The notes below the pieces were generated by a model. That model worked only from the letters and a program-made list of their open reading frames with translations. It was not told the origin of the DNA and ran no database searches. This document shows, one piece after another, positions 1 through 12,732 of a stretch of DNA of 64,000 nt (position 1 is the first letter of the stretch; each line of letters begins with the position of its first letter). The position numbers were made by a program, and so were the translations under genes. The stretch covers positions 77,440,001 through 77,504,000 of the forward strand of contig NC_086097.1 in assembly GCF_963921235.1 (NCBI RefSeq), read 5' to 3'. Source of the DNA: Mobula hypostoma (lineage: Eukaryota).

Positions 1-944
1 ATGAGGGAATTAATAGTAACATTAGCAAATTTGCCGATGACACAAAGCTGGGAGGCAGTGTGAAATGTAAGGAGGATGTTATGAGAACACAGGGTGACTT
101 GGACAGGCTGGGTGAGTGGGCAGATGCAGTTTAATGTGGATAAATGTGAGGTTATCCACTTTGGTGGTAAGAATGGGAAGGCAGATTATTATCTAAATGG
201 AGTCAAGTTAGGAAAAGGGGAAGCACAACGAGATCTAGGTGTTCTTGTGCATCAGTCACTGAAAGCAAGCATGCAAGTACAGCAGGCAGTGAAAAAAGCT
301 AATGGCATGCTGGCCTTCATAACAAGGGGAATTGAGTATAAGAGCAAAGAGGTCCTTCTGCAGCTGTACAGGGCCCTGGTGAGACCACACCTGGAGTACT
401 GTGTGCAGTTTTGGTCTCCAAATTTGAGGAAGGACATTCTTGCTATTGAGGGAGTGCAGCGTAGGTTCACAAGGTTAATTCCCGGGATGGCAGGACTGTC
501 ATATGTCGAAAAATTGGAGCGGCTGGGCATGTATACTTTGGAATTTAGAAGGCTGAGAGGGGATCTTATTGAAACATGTAAGATTATTAAGGGATTGGAC
601 TCACTGGAGGCAGGAAACATGTTCCCACTGATGGGTGAGTCCAGAACCAGAGGCCATAGTTTAAGAATTAGGGGTAGACCATCTAGAATGGAGTTGAGGA
701 AAAACTTTTTCACCCAGAGAGTGGCGGATATATGGAATGCTCTGCCCCAGAAGGGTGTGGAGGCCAAGTCTGTGGATGCTTTCAAGAAAGAGATGGATAG
801 AGCTCTTAAAGATAGCGGAATCAAAGGTTATGGGGATAAGGCAGGAACTGGATACCGATAGTGGATGATCAGCCATGATCACAGTGAATGGTGGTGCTGG
901 CTTGAAGGGCTGAATAGCCTACTCCTGCACCTATTGTCTATTGT
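1..944 (+). mobile_element. CR1 LINE 3' portion (RT C-terminus + 3' UTR), relatively young copy, cut by the window start
   Basis: KFADDTKL at 28-50; ORF 94-861 has CR1 ORF2 motifs (QFNVDKC, RDLGV, LVRPHLEYCVQFWSP, TRGHSL, FFTQRV); ends in (ctattgt)2 at 931-944. Confidence 0.95.
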
Positions 945-1699
945 GCATCGTTGCTTCTCTGATCCCACTTCCAACTTCACCCCTCGAAGCATCTAATTCC
1001 GCCTTATTAGTCTGCAGAAAAAATGGGAAGTTTACATGAGATTCATGAAATAAACACCCTGTTTCTTCTTGTTCAGATCCAGAACATTTACTCACACTTT
1101 TTAAGTGAAATGTGCAGATGACTTCCTGGATAATTATCAGTGTTGGTTAAGCCTAAAGTTCCCCAGAAGTCCTCTAACATGGTTTAAAATCGTCATCAAA
1201 TCTGGAGCATAGAGTGCTAAAGGATAACCATTCTCTAAACAGGCCTCAAAATGTCAACAATGACCTGTTCAGTCTTAATCAGTGATTAAGAACAGGTATT
1301 AGGACAAGCACAAACAATCAAAATGCCATGAAGCATGATGAATGAATCAGCAGGCAAGCAGCCACTGCGTGAATGGGTATCCTACATTGAACATGAGCTA
1401 CATTTTTGCAATTAGTTGCCTCATTGTCTCAGCTACTTCAGAGGACAGCAGCCAAAATACCTGTAGAAATGTGCCACAACATGCAATTTCTCCAAGTGCA
1501 AGCCTTGAGGAAATTGAATTCTCTAATTAATTGGGAGAAATAAAAAACTTACTTGCAAGCCGACAAGCCTTTAAAGTAGTTTTATTTGGTTCCGTATGCT
1601 TCTTTCACTATGAGTGATCTCCATATGTTGCAATTTACTATCAATATCTGTTTAGAAGTTTAAGAGTTGGGGGCGGAGGGAGAAACATTTGGTCATTTG

Positions 1700-2070
1700 G
1701 TTCATGATGGAAGCTTCTCCAAGGATCGTCATCTTGTTGTGTTGGAGAGTCTTTTGAGTTCCTGAGATCCTTAGAGCGATGCCCTCTTGAGCTTAGCTCC
1801 TGGTAGGGTCAACCATGGTGGTAAGATCAAGAGGGAAGTCCCAGAAAAAGTGTTCCAACCAAGTCCTCAACGGTGGAACTGGTGGGAGAAGATGACACAT
1901 CATAATGGTAGTAAGGCAGAGGAAGGCTACAGCAGTGAAGAGTCCTCAGTTGTCTTGCATTCCATTCCACTGGACCCTGACTCGGATCCGTCAAGGATCT
2001 TGTGGTGACCGCCCATGCATCAGCCTCCCCTGGTTAAACAAAGTCATGCACAGGCATTCTCCATTAAGGG
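1700..2070 (+). mobile_element. Probable RTE-clade (Rex3/Expander-like) 5' UTR-derived fragment
   Basis: ttagctcctggtagggtcaaccatggtggtaag...cagaaaaag resembles RTE/Rex3 5' UTRs; no coding motif; boundaries approximate. Confidence 0.4.
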
Positions 2071-3929
2071 AATAACTCCTCTGAAGAACATAATACTCGA
2101 CTTGAGTGATTACACCACCAGATGATGGAAGATACTGCTGGAGAAGGAAAGCAGATTTGAAGTTTCTTTTTAATAAGGACATTTTGTTAGCTCATCCTTG
2201 TTAAGCTGTTCTAGAAGCTTTCTCTAAGAGTTATGTATTATGGTTGTTCACTCCCGTTCTGGCAAAATCAAAGTGTTACTACATGAAATAATTTCTTGTA
2301 GAGCCACTCTGCTTTTGAAAAATTGACACAAAAGCACCCAGTTTCATTGTTTGGATGCAAGTGATTATTAATTTGTGTGGATAGAGCATAAAAATAAATA
2401 TTAATAATACAACATGTTAACTTCTGTTGCAGTGAGCTATGTTTGACTAAGGTATAACTTGAGGTGAAGTTATATCTGAATTTATCTATATTCTATCATT
2501 GTAAAATGATGGTGACAGCATATATAAACCTTGACTTTTTATCCCAATTTTATTTATTCAAATTCACTTGGGGGTCTTCCAAAGATCACACACTTTTGTG
2601 AAGTTGCCATTAAGTGGGAGGTCCAGCACTTTTTCAGAGAAGAAATGTTTGGAGGTTCTTTGCTTCCCATTCCTTCAATGATCAGCAGTTTCAATGGTGC
2701 AGGGCATGCAGACTGCCAAGAATCTATTGAGCTCCAACCAAATGAATCATTTATCTAATATGCAAGAAGCCTACATATAGCAGATTAGAAATGATTAAAA
2801 ATCATATTTTCATTTTTTAAAAAAATCAAATGCAAACATCCTGAAAGAACTTACATATAAATATATACATATATATATACAACGAAGTCTACACATAAGA
2901 AAATGTATATTTTCCAGGCCTCTGCGAAGACCCAAGAGAACGATGGCAGTGAGGTAATTTTCCTATTCTGACAGAATGTAAGTACAGTCTCCTGCTGATC
3001 TCTTACTGAGACAGGCTATTTTTGTTCAGGGAAAAATGAACCATTTCAAAAGAAAAAACAACATTAAAAGCCGGGGTGACATTAAATAAGAGAACTTGGT
3101 GGAAATATCAGGAAAGTGAAAGGGGCGAAGTGGGTGCATTTGCAAAATCGTCCTTGGAGAGTGATCCAGCCTCACACATAACTTGAATGAGGTGACAGTG
3201 GGTAAAATAATTCCTATTTGCTTGTTTCTCATAAAATCCCTGACTCACAAGTTGCCAGAGTCATTGAGTAGAGGCTGCAGAGACTGCAATACTTGTTCTT
3301 ATATGGTGTGCTGACCATGGCTGTGACATTGCTATCCTCTTGTGTTTCATCGGAAATTGCACAAAAGCTGGATAAATGCCAAATTCCCAGATGCCATACA
3401 TGAACACTACCAGTGGGGTGTTTGTTGACTTTGGTTTGCATGACTGCTCAGCAAGCTCAGTGAAGTTTGGCTTCAGCTTTCTGGAAAAATAATCAATTTC
3501 TGACCCCATCAACCCATAGGACGTGAGAGGACCACTGGCAGACAGTGATCTCACTACTTCTGCAGATCCCTGCATTGTCTTTGCTCAGAGCAGTGAGGAG
3601 CTGAGGTCATCCATCCTCTCTGGGCTGTTATTATGCTTTGCTTGCCTATCAGCCTAAGGCACAGCTTACGGGGAGCTGGGACCAGCTGCCATTCTGTGCC
3701 GGGGCTGGGGGTACTGATTACCTGGGTCAAAAATAAAAGAATGAGATGGAGGAGGCCGTCGAAGATAGTGAACATTCTCATAATGAAGCCCATATGACAA
3801 AGGGGAAGTAGTCAACCTATTCTCCAGACCAATTGTCTGATCAGAAGCACAAAGCTAGCAGTATCCTCTGACCTGGTGCTTTCTTTTAAAACAATGCCTT
3901 TAGGCCACATGAGAGCTGTACTAATGACA

Positions 3930-4490
3930 TACAAAGACCTATGTCGAATGAAGTTAAACAACCCTTTTTCCACTTCCCTTTATTCTAACCACCACCACTG
4001 CAACACCCCCACCAACACTCCTCTTCCTCTCCTCACATATTCAAGGAGTCAGATGAAAACCATATCTAACGCAGCTGGGAAGAACACCAAACAATGGTCT
4101 GGAAGACCCTTTGAAAAATTATTCCTCCTGAAAGAATGTGTCATGAGCCTAGACAACCTCACCTTTGATCAACAGCCATGCTTTTGGGAATGAACAGTGG
4201 GAGAAAGTTTTGTGCAATACAAGATGATTTTGAAAACTAACCGGATGGTGCATATCATTTACTGGTTATTCCACAACATAACAAAGATATACCTCAAGAA
4301 TAAGTAACAAGAGCCTGTAAAAAAACAATGAATTCTGTGGAATTACAAAGGCTGATACTGACACTAGTATCTTCCTCTGATGCCAGCTGCTCACATCCTA
4401 GTAGCATATTCTAACCTGCCTCTCCCAAGCCATCCCATTCTCCAACCCACTGGCAAGATTCTTCTCACCATACAACTGACCAGCCCATTC
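3930..4490 (+). mobile_element. Possible highly decayed Penelope-like RT remnant
   Basis: LLKECVMSLDNLTFDQQ (ORF 3876-4193) weakly resembles the PLE RT motif LLxxxLxxNNFxF; otherwise degenerate. Confidence 0.3.
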
Positions 4491-5329
4491 ACATGAACAG
4501 GTTCTTGGGCCCTCAACATGCACTGTCTATGAAAATCTCAAATCAAATTAAATCAGGTTTAAATATCATTAAAACTATACATAGATACAGTAAACGATAC
4601 AACATTCATCTGGGGCCAAGGTGCAAAACATTCAAAATAGCAAGCAAACATTCAAAAATAGCAAGTAACATAATTCAAAATAGCGAGCAAAGAAGCATAT
4701 TCACTCGAACAAATAAAGATCTACTCTCTGATGCTAATGCCACATGATTCCAATGGACCTTAACAGCAGTTGGTCTCATTGACATTTGTTGCTTTTCTGT
4801 GTGATGATTAAATGTTTCTATAAGCAGAGAGCCAAATAAAATTTTGTCTGGACAATTTTGAATCAATACAATAAGTTCCCCCATTCAATTGGGATCAATA
4901 TTCTATAATTCTGTATGCAAATTGATAAAGACCAAATTTAAGATATCCTTAAACCAAGTATCATCACTTTGCTGGGAAATAATTTTTGGGTTCATCCTGA
5001 TCAGATTGCAGATTATTGATTTAACTCGGGCATAAGAGTTGAAATTGTAATTTCTTTAATTGGTTTATTATTGTCGCATGCATTGAGGTACAGTGAAAAA
5101 CTAATCTTGCATACTGTCCATAGAAATCAATTCATTACATCAGTGCATTGATGTAATTACAAGGTAAAGTCAGAATCAAAATCAGGTTTAAGATCACTGA
5201 CAGACTGTATGTCATGAAAATTGTTTGCAGCAGCAGTAACAATGCAATATGTAAAAATTACTATAATTTTCAACAATAAATAATAAATAAACAAATAAAT
5301 AAAGGGATGAATACATAAATAAATAAATA

Positions 5330-6944
5330 TAGTGCCTGTAAAAAGTATTCACCCTCCTTGGAAGTTTTCATGTTTTTTTTCACAATATTGAATCACAGTG
5401 GATTTAATTTGGCATTTTTGGCACTGTTCAACAGAAAAAGGCTTTGTGTCAAAGTGAAACAGATCTCTACAAAGTAATCTGAGTTAATTACAAATATAAA
5501 GCACAAAATAACTGATCGCTTAAGTATTAAACCCCTTTAATATAACACAACAAAATCATCACTGGTGCAGCCAATTGGTTTTAGAAGTCACATAATTAGT
5601 TACTTGGAGATCTGCTTTTGCAGACCTGTGTGCAGTCAAGGTATTTCAATTGATTGTAGTAAAAGTTCACCTGTATCTGGAAGGTCCAACTGCTGCTGAG
5701 TCAGGATCCTGGCAAAAACATGAACTCCAAGCAACTCTGTGATAAGGTTACTGAGAAGCAAAAGTCAGGAGATGGATACAAGAAAGTTTCCAAGTCATTA
5801 AATATCCTTGGAGTACAGTTAAGTCAATCATTCAGAAAGGGAAAGAATATGGCATGGCTGTAGATCTGCCTAGTACAGGCCATCCTTAAAAATACTGAGT
5901 GACTGTGCAAGAAGAGGACTAGTGAGGGATGCCACCAAGAGACCTATGACAATTCTGGGGAGTTACAAGCTTCAGTGGCTGAGATGGGAGAGACTGCATA
6001 TACAACAACTGTTGCCCAAGTTGTTCACCAGTCACTGCTTTATGAGAGAATAGCAAAGAGAAAGTCACTGTTGAAAAAAACTCACACGAAATCTCAGCTA
6101 GAGTTTGCCATGAGGTATGTGGGAGACTCTGAAGTCAGCCGGAAGAAGGTTCTATGGTCAGATGAAACCAATTGAGCTTTTTGGCCATCAGACTAAACGC
6201 AATGTTTGAGCCAAACAGTGCACCTCATCAAAAACATACCATCCGTTCTGTGAAGCATGGTGGTGGCTGCATCATGCTGTAGGGATGCTTCACTGCAGCA
6301 GGCCCTGAAAATCTTGTGAAGGTAGAGGGTAAAATGAATGCAGCAAAATACAGGCAAGTCCTGGAGGAAAACCTGATGCAGTCTGCAAGTGAACTGTGAC
6401 TTGGGAGAAAATCTGTTTTCCAGCAAGACAATAACCCCAAGCATAAAGCCAAAGCCTCACAGGAATGACTTAAACCCCTTAGTGTCCTGGAGTGGCCAAG
6501 TCAGAGTCCAGACCTCAATCCACTTAAGAATTTGTGGCTGGACTTGAAAAGGGCTGTTCACTCACGATCCCCATGCAATCTGACAGAGCTTGAACAGTTT
6601 TGTAAAGAAGAATGGGGAAAAATTGCAGTGTCCAGATGTGCAAAGCTGATAGAGACCTATCCACACAGACACAAGGCTGTAATTACTGCCAAAGGTGCAT
6701 CTACTAGTTACTGACTTGAAAGGGGTGAATACTTGTGCAATCAATTATTGTGTGGTTTATATCTGTAATTAATTTAGATCACTTTGTAGAGATCTGTTTT
6801 CACTTTGACGCAAAGAGTCTTTTTCCATTGATCCATGTAAAGAAAAAGTCAAATTAAATCCATAGTGATTCAATGTGGTAAAACAATAAAACATGAAAAC
6901 TTGCAAAGGGGATGAATACTTTTGAATACTTTTTATAGGCACTG
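5330..6944 (+). mobile_element. Tc1-family DNA transposon, full length, IR/DR-type long TIRs
   Basis: TA|tagtgcctgtaaaaagtattc ... gaatactttttataggcactg|TA; ~210-bp imperfect TIRs (5330-~5540, ~6718-6944) with inner direct repeats. Confidence 0.95.
5720..6714 (+). pseudogene. Tc1 transposase pseudogene
   Basis: GDGYKKVSKSL, WSDET, VKHGGGCIM, FQQDNNPKH, WPSQSPDLNPLKNLW (catalytic E to K), AKGASTSY*; several stops and frameshifts. Confidence 0.93.
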
Positions 6945-7974
6945 TAAATAGTGTAAAAAGACATAGCATCAGGGAGAATGGCTGCACTAACTCAGTCCTT
7001 CTGTGAAGAGCGACCGCTAAGCTGGGCCAAATGCCATCAACCTGGCGACGAACTGTTGTCGACTCTGTGAAGAGTGACCGCTGGCCTCCTCTACATTTGT
7101 CTCATTGCTTCAGTCTTCCTTGACGCTTCGAATTGGAGTTGTTCATGATCCCACGTCCCATCCCTGGTCTTCTCCACAAGGCAGCTCATGCTCACGGTCC
7201 TCACTGATGGGGTTCCAAATTGCATGTCACAGGCTCCAACAGTTTCTGAAACACAATCAAGACAAAAAGACCTAGCAGAAGATGTAGAGAAAGTAAAATA
7301 ATTGGAGAGATTGGCTATCAGAAAGATGTCACCCAAGGAATCATTGTTCACTAGTGTCATCTTGACCAGAAGGTGTAGATGGACAAACAGAGGAAGACAT
7401 TATTCTACAGACTCTCATTGGCTACTGAAGGAACTGGAGTGAATTGCATAGTGGAACTTTATGGATTGACATGCTAACAGCCTTAGAACAGGTACTTGTC
7501 CCGAATGAAACATCAGTATCCATGGACATCACGAAGAGGGGTTCTCTTGGGTACCTAGACACGGAATTAGCAACCCGCTGTTTGTTCGAGAATCAGACTG
7601 TTAATTCGAGTTTGACGTTAGCTAAAACATGGTTGTTTTCATCATAATTAGTCCTAATTTCATATTACATGTCTCAGCCTGGGCTTTCGCATGCCAACAA
7701 ACTCCACAGAGGCTGATTGGCATAGTGCATAAACACAGGATGCAGTCTTATCAAGCACTAGTGTAGATCTTCAGACAGCTGGGACCCTTTGGTCAGAAAG
7801 ATTACTTTAAAACTGAAGATGAATGTTGGAAGGGATAGGAGGCATGGATCAAAGTGGAGAGCACTGCCTGAAGGATACAGCTCTTTCCACCTTCTGTAGA
7901 GTTTGACATGGATGTTGCTCCCAGGGACCCATGGCTAACAATAAAAATGATTAAGGAGCAACAGATAGGAACGC

Positions 7975-8570
7975 CAATCATGATTATAGAAAAGCAAGGA
8001 CGTACAAGGACGTAACGCTGAGGCTTTATAAAACATCGGTGAGGCCTCAGTTGCAGTATTGTGAGCAGTTTTGGGTCCCTTATCTAAGAAAGGATATGCT
8101 GAAACTGGAGGAGATTCAAAAGAGGTTCACAAAAATGATTCCGGGATTGAAAGGCTTGTCATTTGATGGCTCTGGGCCTCTACTCACTGGAATTCAGAAG
8201 AATGAGGCGTGAAACCTATTGAATGCTGAAAGGCCTTGGTAGAACGGATGTGGAGTGGATGTTTCCTATGGTGGGGGAGTCTAAGACTAGAGGACACTGC
8301 CCTAGAGTAGAGGAATATCCTTTTTGAATGGAAATGAGGAGAAATTTCTTTAGCCAGATGGTGGTGAATCTGTGGAATTCATTGCCACAGGTGGCTGTGA
8401 AGGCCAAGTCATTGGGTATATTTAAGACAGAGGTTGATAGATTCTTGATTGGTCAGGGCATGAAAAGGGATAATTAGGGCTGAGAGGGAAAATGGAGCAG
8501 CCATGATGAAATGGTGGAGCAGACTCAATGAGCCAAATGGCCTAATTCTTCTCCTACATCTTATGGTCTA
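7975..8570 (+). mobile_element. CR1 LINE 3' fragment
   Basis: LYKTSVRPQLQYCEQFW, RFTKMIPG, TRGH motifs; CR1 3' UTR ending cctacatcttatggtct. Confidence 0.9.
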
Positions 8571-9734
8571 AAAGTGAGAGAATTTTACCTTCAGCCATTT
8601 CCTACAATGTTGCACTTGCCCTCTTTCCTCCTGGAGAAAACAATAACCGGATTCCCCTACTCCATGCCTTCCACTTCACCAACCTCTTCAATTCCTCCAA
8701 GACTTTCCAGCAAGACACATATTCCCCTCCTCTTTTAGCATTTCATGGCATTTTGCAGTATTTTTTCCCCATTTTATGAAAACATCTGGCTTGGTTAGCT
8801 CTTTGAATGAACTGACTAAATGAGCTGCCTTGTACTCTCCTATTGGCATTTTCCATCACTCTTCATATTTAAATTTATGTACAATTTCAGGCTTTTTGTT
8901 TTACCATTGGTAGACGTCTAGTCATTTTTAATATTGAAACTACACACACTGCCATCATGTTAAACAGGAAAACCGGGACTGATGGAAAAGGGAAAGTCAA
9001 TGAAAATGTTAGTGCATGAAATGGCAAATAAGGTGGCAACAGAATTGTTTTAGTACATTCCTCTGCTCTAAAATGATCAGTAGAAATGGTGCACCATTTC
9101 TTCAAAACATTTGCGCCATGTTGGAATGACCAATCTTATTAGCTTTTACAGATCTTCTTGTTTCCATTGCATGTTTGAGCATGTTCCCCATTTCTGAGAA
9201 TCTTACAGCATCTGAGCATGATCAGTGGTCTGGATCTCCAGGTGCACTAGTCTGGCCTGGCACTGGCTGCAATAAACTGGCACATGCAGAGCAAAACTAT
9301 TCAGCAGCATCCAACAGGAATGTCAAAATGCATCACTGCTCGGTGCTGAGGTAAACAGTAAGGTGATATAGATCATTTGTAGAAAAGAACTGTCAGTAAG
9401 AGTAAGTACCTGATTGGTTATGAATAAGAGCAGACTGCTGTTTAGCCTGTCACGGGAGATTTAAGATTGTGAGCTCTGAAAGATGCTTGTTTTGTGGTTT
9501 TTGTCGCCTCCTTCCATGAGGTGTGGAATGTGCAAGAAGCTGTTTGACTAACATGCATGCAGGAGAACAACAGCTTGCCCACCTGAGAAAGACAGAACAA
9601 CCCACAACTCCCTGCAGCAATTCCAAAGGACTTTTCATCGCAAACATTTTTTTAAACCTCAGTTTACAGCATATTACATGCATTTCACAAGAGAAGTAGC
9701 AGAATGATTCTCTTATTTTCATTTGTCTAAATCC

Positions 9735-9900
9735 TATAAGATGTCTTCAAGGAACAGTGTCTGAAAAAAGTGGTGTCCATCATTAAGGACCCCCACCACC
9801 CAGGACATGCCTTCTTCTCATTGTTACCATCAGCAAGGACATACAGAAGCCTGAAGGCACACACGGTGACATGTGCCAGTGATATTAAATTTGGATCTTG
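9735..9900 (+). mobile_element. Rex1/Babar LINE 3' fragment
   Basis: SIIKDPHHPGHAFFSLLPSARTYRSLKAH, the Rex1 ORF2 C-terminus; near-identical to 45175-45300. Confidence 0.8.
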
Positions 9901-10552
9901 GAAATGAAGAAAGAAATATGAAGCAAGTAATATCTGGAAGGTAAATTAGTGTTCGGGTTTACTTTAAGTCCAAGGAACTTACAAATTTCAAGTGCGCTCG
10001 GGAAGAAATATGTTAGAACTGCTTGGGAATTCTTCATCTTCTAAAGGAAACAACAGTCAGTGCTGCTATATATACACAACTTTTAATTTGTTCCTCCTTC
10101 AGGCAAAATCTAAGTACATAAGGCAAAGCAAGATGACAAGTAGCAGATTTGTATTATTGCAAATAGGAAATACATGCGCAATCACCATCAGTGGTTTCAC
10201 ACTATCATGTTCTAGCATTGTGATCCAACATGTGTTGTCCCAATGCTCCTAAAGGATTTTTTAATTTCATCCTGTTTAAAATGAGTACCATATCATTGTC
10301 ATAAGGCAGCTATTATGAAAACTTTCACAGGCCATTTCTATCTTTCCTTCCAAAGGTGTTGGGTTTTAAAGAAACATTTACAAATGCAACCTATAAACCA
10401 CGTGCATTAAATCAGACCCAGTGAAAGACATTGGCTCCAGTAGTTCGGTCCTCACCTTCTATGGTTCATTTGAAAAGTAAATTATATACTTCTGTTTTCA
10501 TTGGTAGAGGGTTGCATGGATTTGAATTTTTGACCTAGGACAAATTTTTGGA

Positions 10553-10720
10553 ATAACATAAAATGCTGGAGGAACTCAGCAGCTAAGGCAGAAGAATAAA
10601 GAGTTGATGTTTCAGGCCAAGACACTTCATCAGGACTGGAAAGTAAGTGGGGGAGAAGCCAGAAGGTGTGGGGAGAGGAAGGAGTATAAGCTGGAAGGTG
10701 ATAGATGAAAACAGGAGAAG
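10553..10720 (-). mobile_element. Penelope-like pseudo-LTR fragment with decayed hammerhead motif
   Basis: aaatgctggaggaactcagcag...gatgtttcaggccaagacacttcatcaggactgg; minus strand reads CTGATGA...GAAACATC. Confidence 0.75.
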
Positions 10721-10721
10721 A

Positions 10722-11077
10722 AGGAATTGATAGAGTTGACGTGGTTAGACTTATTCCATTGAGAGTGGGGAAGATTCAAACAAGAGGACATGAGTTGAGA
10801 GTTAGAGGACTAAAGTGTAGGGGTAATATGAGGGGGAACTTCTTTACTCAGAGAGTGGTGGCTGTGTGGAACGAACTTCCAGCAGAAGTGGTTGAGGCAG
10901 GTTCGATGTTGTCGTTTAAAGTTAAATTGGATAGATATATGGACAGGAAAGGAATGGAGGGTTATGGGCTGAGTGCAGGTCGGTGGGACTAGGATAGGGT
11001 AAGAGTTCGGCACGGACTAGAAGAGCCGAGATGGCCTGTTTCTGTACTGTAATTGTTATATGGTTATATGGTTATAT
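10722..11077 (+). mobile_element. CR1 LINE 3' end
   Basis: GIDRVD, TRGHEL, FFTQRVVAVWNELP, GMEGYG; (ttatatgg)n tail. Confidence 0.93.
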
Positions 11078-11611
11078 TTGCATCGCATTGCAAAAAAAAA
11101 AGACGGCTCAATGCAAACAGTTCAGCTCTGATTCCTAATAAGGAAGGACAAATATCTCAAAAGAGCCTGGCATGCCAAGCTAGCTGAGGTTCAGAGCTTT
11201 AACCCAAGAATTTTTGAAGAACGCATTTAATAGCGCTGTTATTGGATAGTTGCCTGTTTTAGATTTATTTAACATACGAAGATATCACACTGAAACACAA
11301 ACGATTCACTGTCAAGAATCACCTCAGAGGTACAGTTTGTTTAAGAGGATCGACTTTTTCACAGCTAGAGTTTAAGAGGGTTGCCTAAATAACTAGTGTG
11401 AAAGGGCAAATGTTAAAAATGAGGCAATTAGAAGCATAAAGGAAAATTAAGCAAAATTGTTTTGTGCATGAATTTTTTTTGTGAAGTACTTACTGGGGAA
11501 GAGTAACAACGCAAATTAGTTCTGACAGAGTTCTCAATCTGAAATATTCACTCTATTTCTCTCATCAAATGCCGTCTGATATTTTGAGTGTTTCCAGTAT
11601 TTTCTGTTATA

Positions 11612-11930
11612 CGAGGGTGATTGATAAGTTTGTGGCCTAAGGTAGAAGGGATCAATTTTAGAAAACCTAGCACATTTATTTTCCAACATAGTCCCCTCCT
11701 CCATTTACACACTTAATCCAGAGGTCATGGAACATACGGATCCCTTCTTTGTAGTAGTTGGTGTCTTGGACCTCCAAAAAGTGGTCCACAGCAGGGGTGA
11801 TTGATAAGTTCATGGCCTAAGGTAAAAGGAGATGAGTTATTAACTTCAAACTCTCTGCATAATCACTAAAAGAGTTGAACTGCGCGTGCATGTAACGAGA
11901 GCTGTGTAACTCATCTCCTTCTACCTTAGG
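11612..11930. mobile_element. Mariner-type MITE (three TIR copies), right end truncated
   Basis: TA|cgagggtgattgataagtttgtggcctaaggtaga; second TIR copy at ~11792; partial inverted copy 11907-11930; same family as 26798-27117. Confidence 0.88.
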
Positions 11931-12603
11931 AGGAGAGGAAGATGGCGGTGCGATGCAGCATGCGCAGCCTCTCCTGTGAATGATATCTGTAATCTATCAA
12001 GCAGGGTATCGTGCACAATTCTGATTTGATGGAGACAGACGTGAGAGTGCAGAGGAACATCTGGGGAAACTTCTGAAATGCCCGCTTCACTGCCGCTGCT
12101 ACTGTGTGGTAACTGGAATCTCCGGAGCAGAAGGCCCCGAATCCTCGGCTTTGCTTGTTTCGGCGGCCGGGGCTAGGTCGAAGGCGCTCGGCAGAGGATG
12201 GTGCTCGGGAGGCTGTATCGGAGGGGCTGGTCAGAGGCTCAAAGTTTTCGGATGGACGGACTCAGTGTCGGCTGTGGTCGGCTGCTTCCAATGCATCGGC
12301 AGTTGTCGGTGCCTGGAGGTTTATGGCAGGGAGTTTCTCCCTTTTGCCGCCTGCTATCGGGGACTCGGGAGTTGATCGGGACTTCGAGACTTTTTTTGCC
12401 CATGGTCTGCTTTTCATCAAATTATGGTATTGCTTTGCACTGCTGTAACTATATGTTATAATTATGTGGTTCTGTCAGTGTTAGTCTTTGGTTTGTCCTG
12501 TTTTTCTGTGATATCACTCTGGAGGAATATTGTATCATTTCTTAATGCATGTATGCATTTCTAAGTGACAATAAAAGAGGACTGAGTGTTCTCATAATCT
12601 AAA
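11931..12603 (+). mobile_element. Non-autonomous retroelement with YY1-like 5' motif and Rex1-like tail
   Basis: Starts ggagaggAAGATGGCGG; CpG-rich noncoding body; ends tgacaataaa...ataatctaaa, like the Rex1 tail at 46150-46185. Confidence 0.65.
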
Positions 12604-12732
12604 TATTGATTATATTCACATGGGGCCCGGAGCTTAAGTATTCTAGATTCTGTGCTGCTTTTATGCTGGTGCGAAATTAATTGGATGTACAGAGCTAGTT
12701 GGAGTGAATGGCCTTTCAACAAATCCTTATAT

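Larger units (their letters stand above)
5170..7372 (-). mobile_element. Non-autonomous Rex1-tailed retroelement, host of the Tc1 insertion
   Basis: (ctgatt)-type 3' tail on the minus strand at ~5170-5190; 5' end near 7354-7372 shares gatgtcacccaaggaat with 56391-56407. Confidence 0.5.

Noticed and set aside
252..824. 190-aa minus-strand ORF
   Set aside because: Antisense shadow of the CR1 RT frame
2918..2953. 36-bp micro-exon candidate (tttccag...GAG|gtaatt)
   Set aside because: Peptide not recognised and no neighbouring exons identified; such splice-like pairs arise by chance
3261..3793. Minus-strand ORFs of 104 and 79 aa in non-repeat DNA
   Set aside because: No recognisable domain and no convincing splice pair
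9410..9582. Strong minus-strand acceptor gttctgtctttctcag with a downstream donor
   Set aside because: All three frames stop before the donor; no known peptide
12106..12461. Three overlapping ORFs / CpG-island-like segment
   Set aside because: GC-rich body of a non-autonomous repeat; not a host promoter or gene
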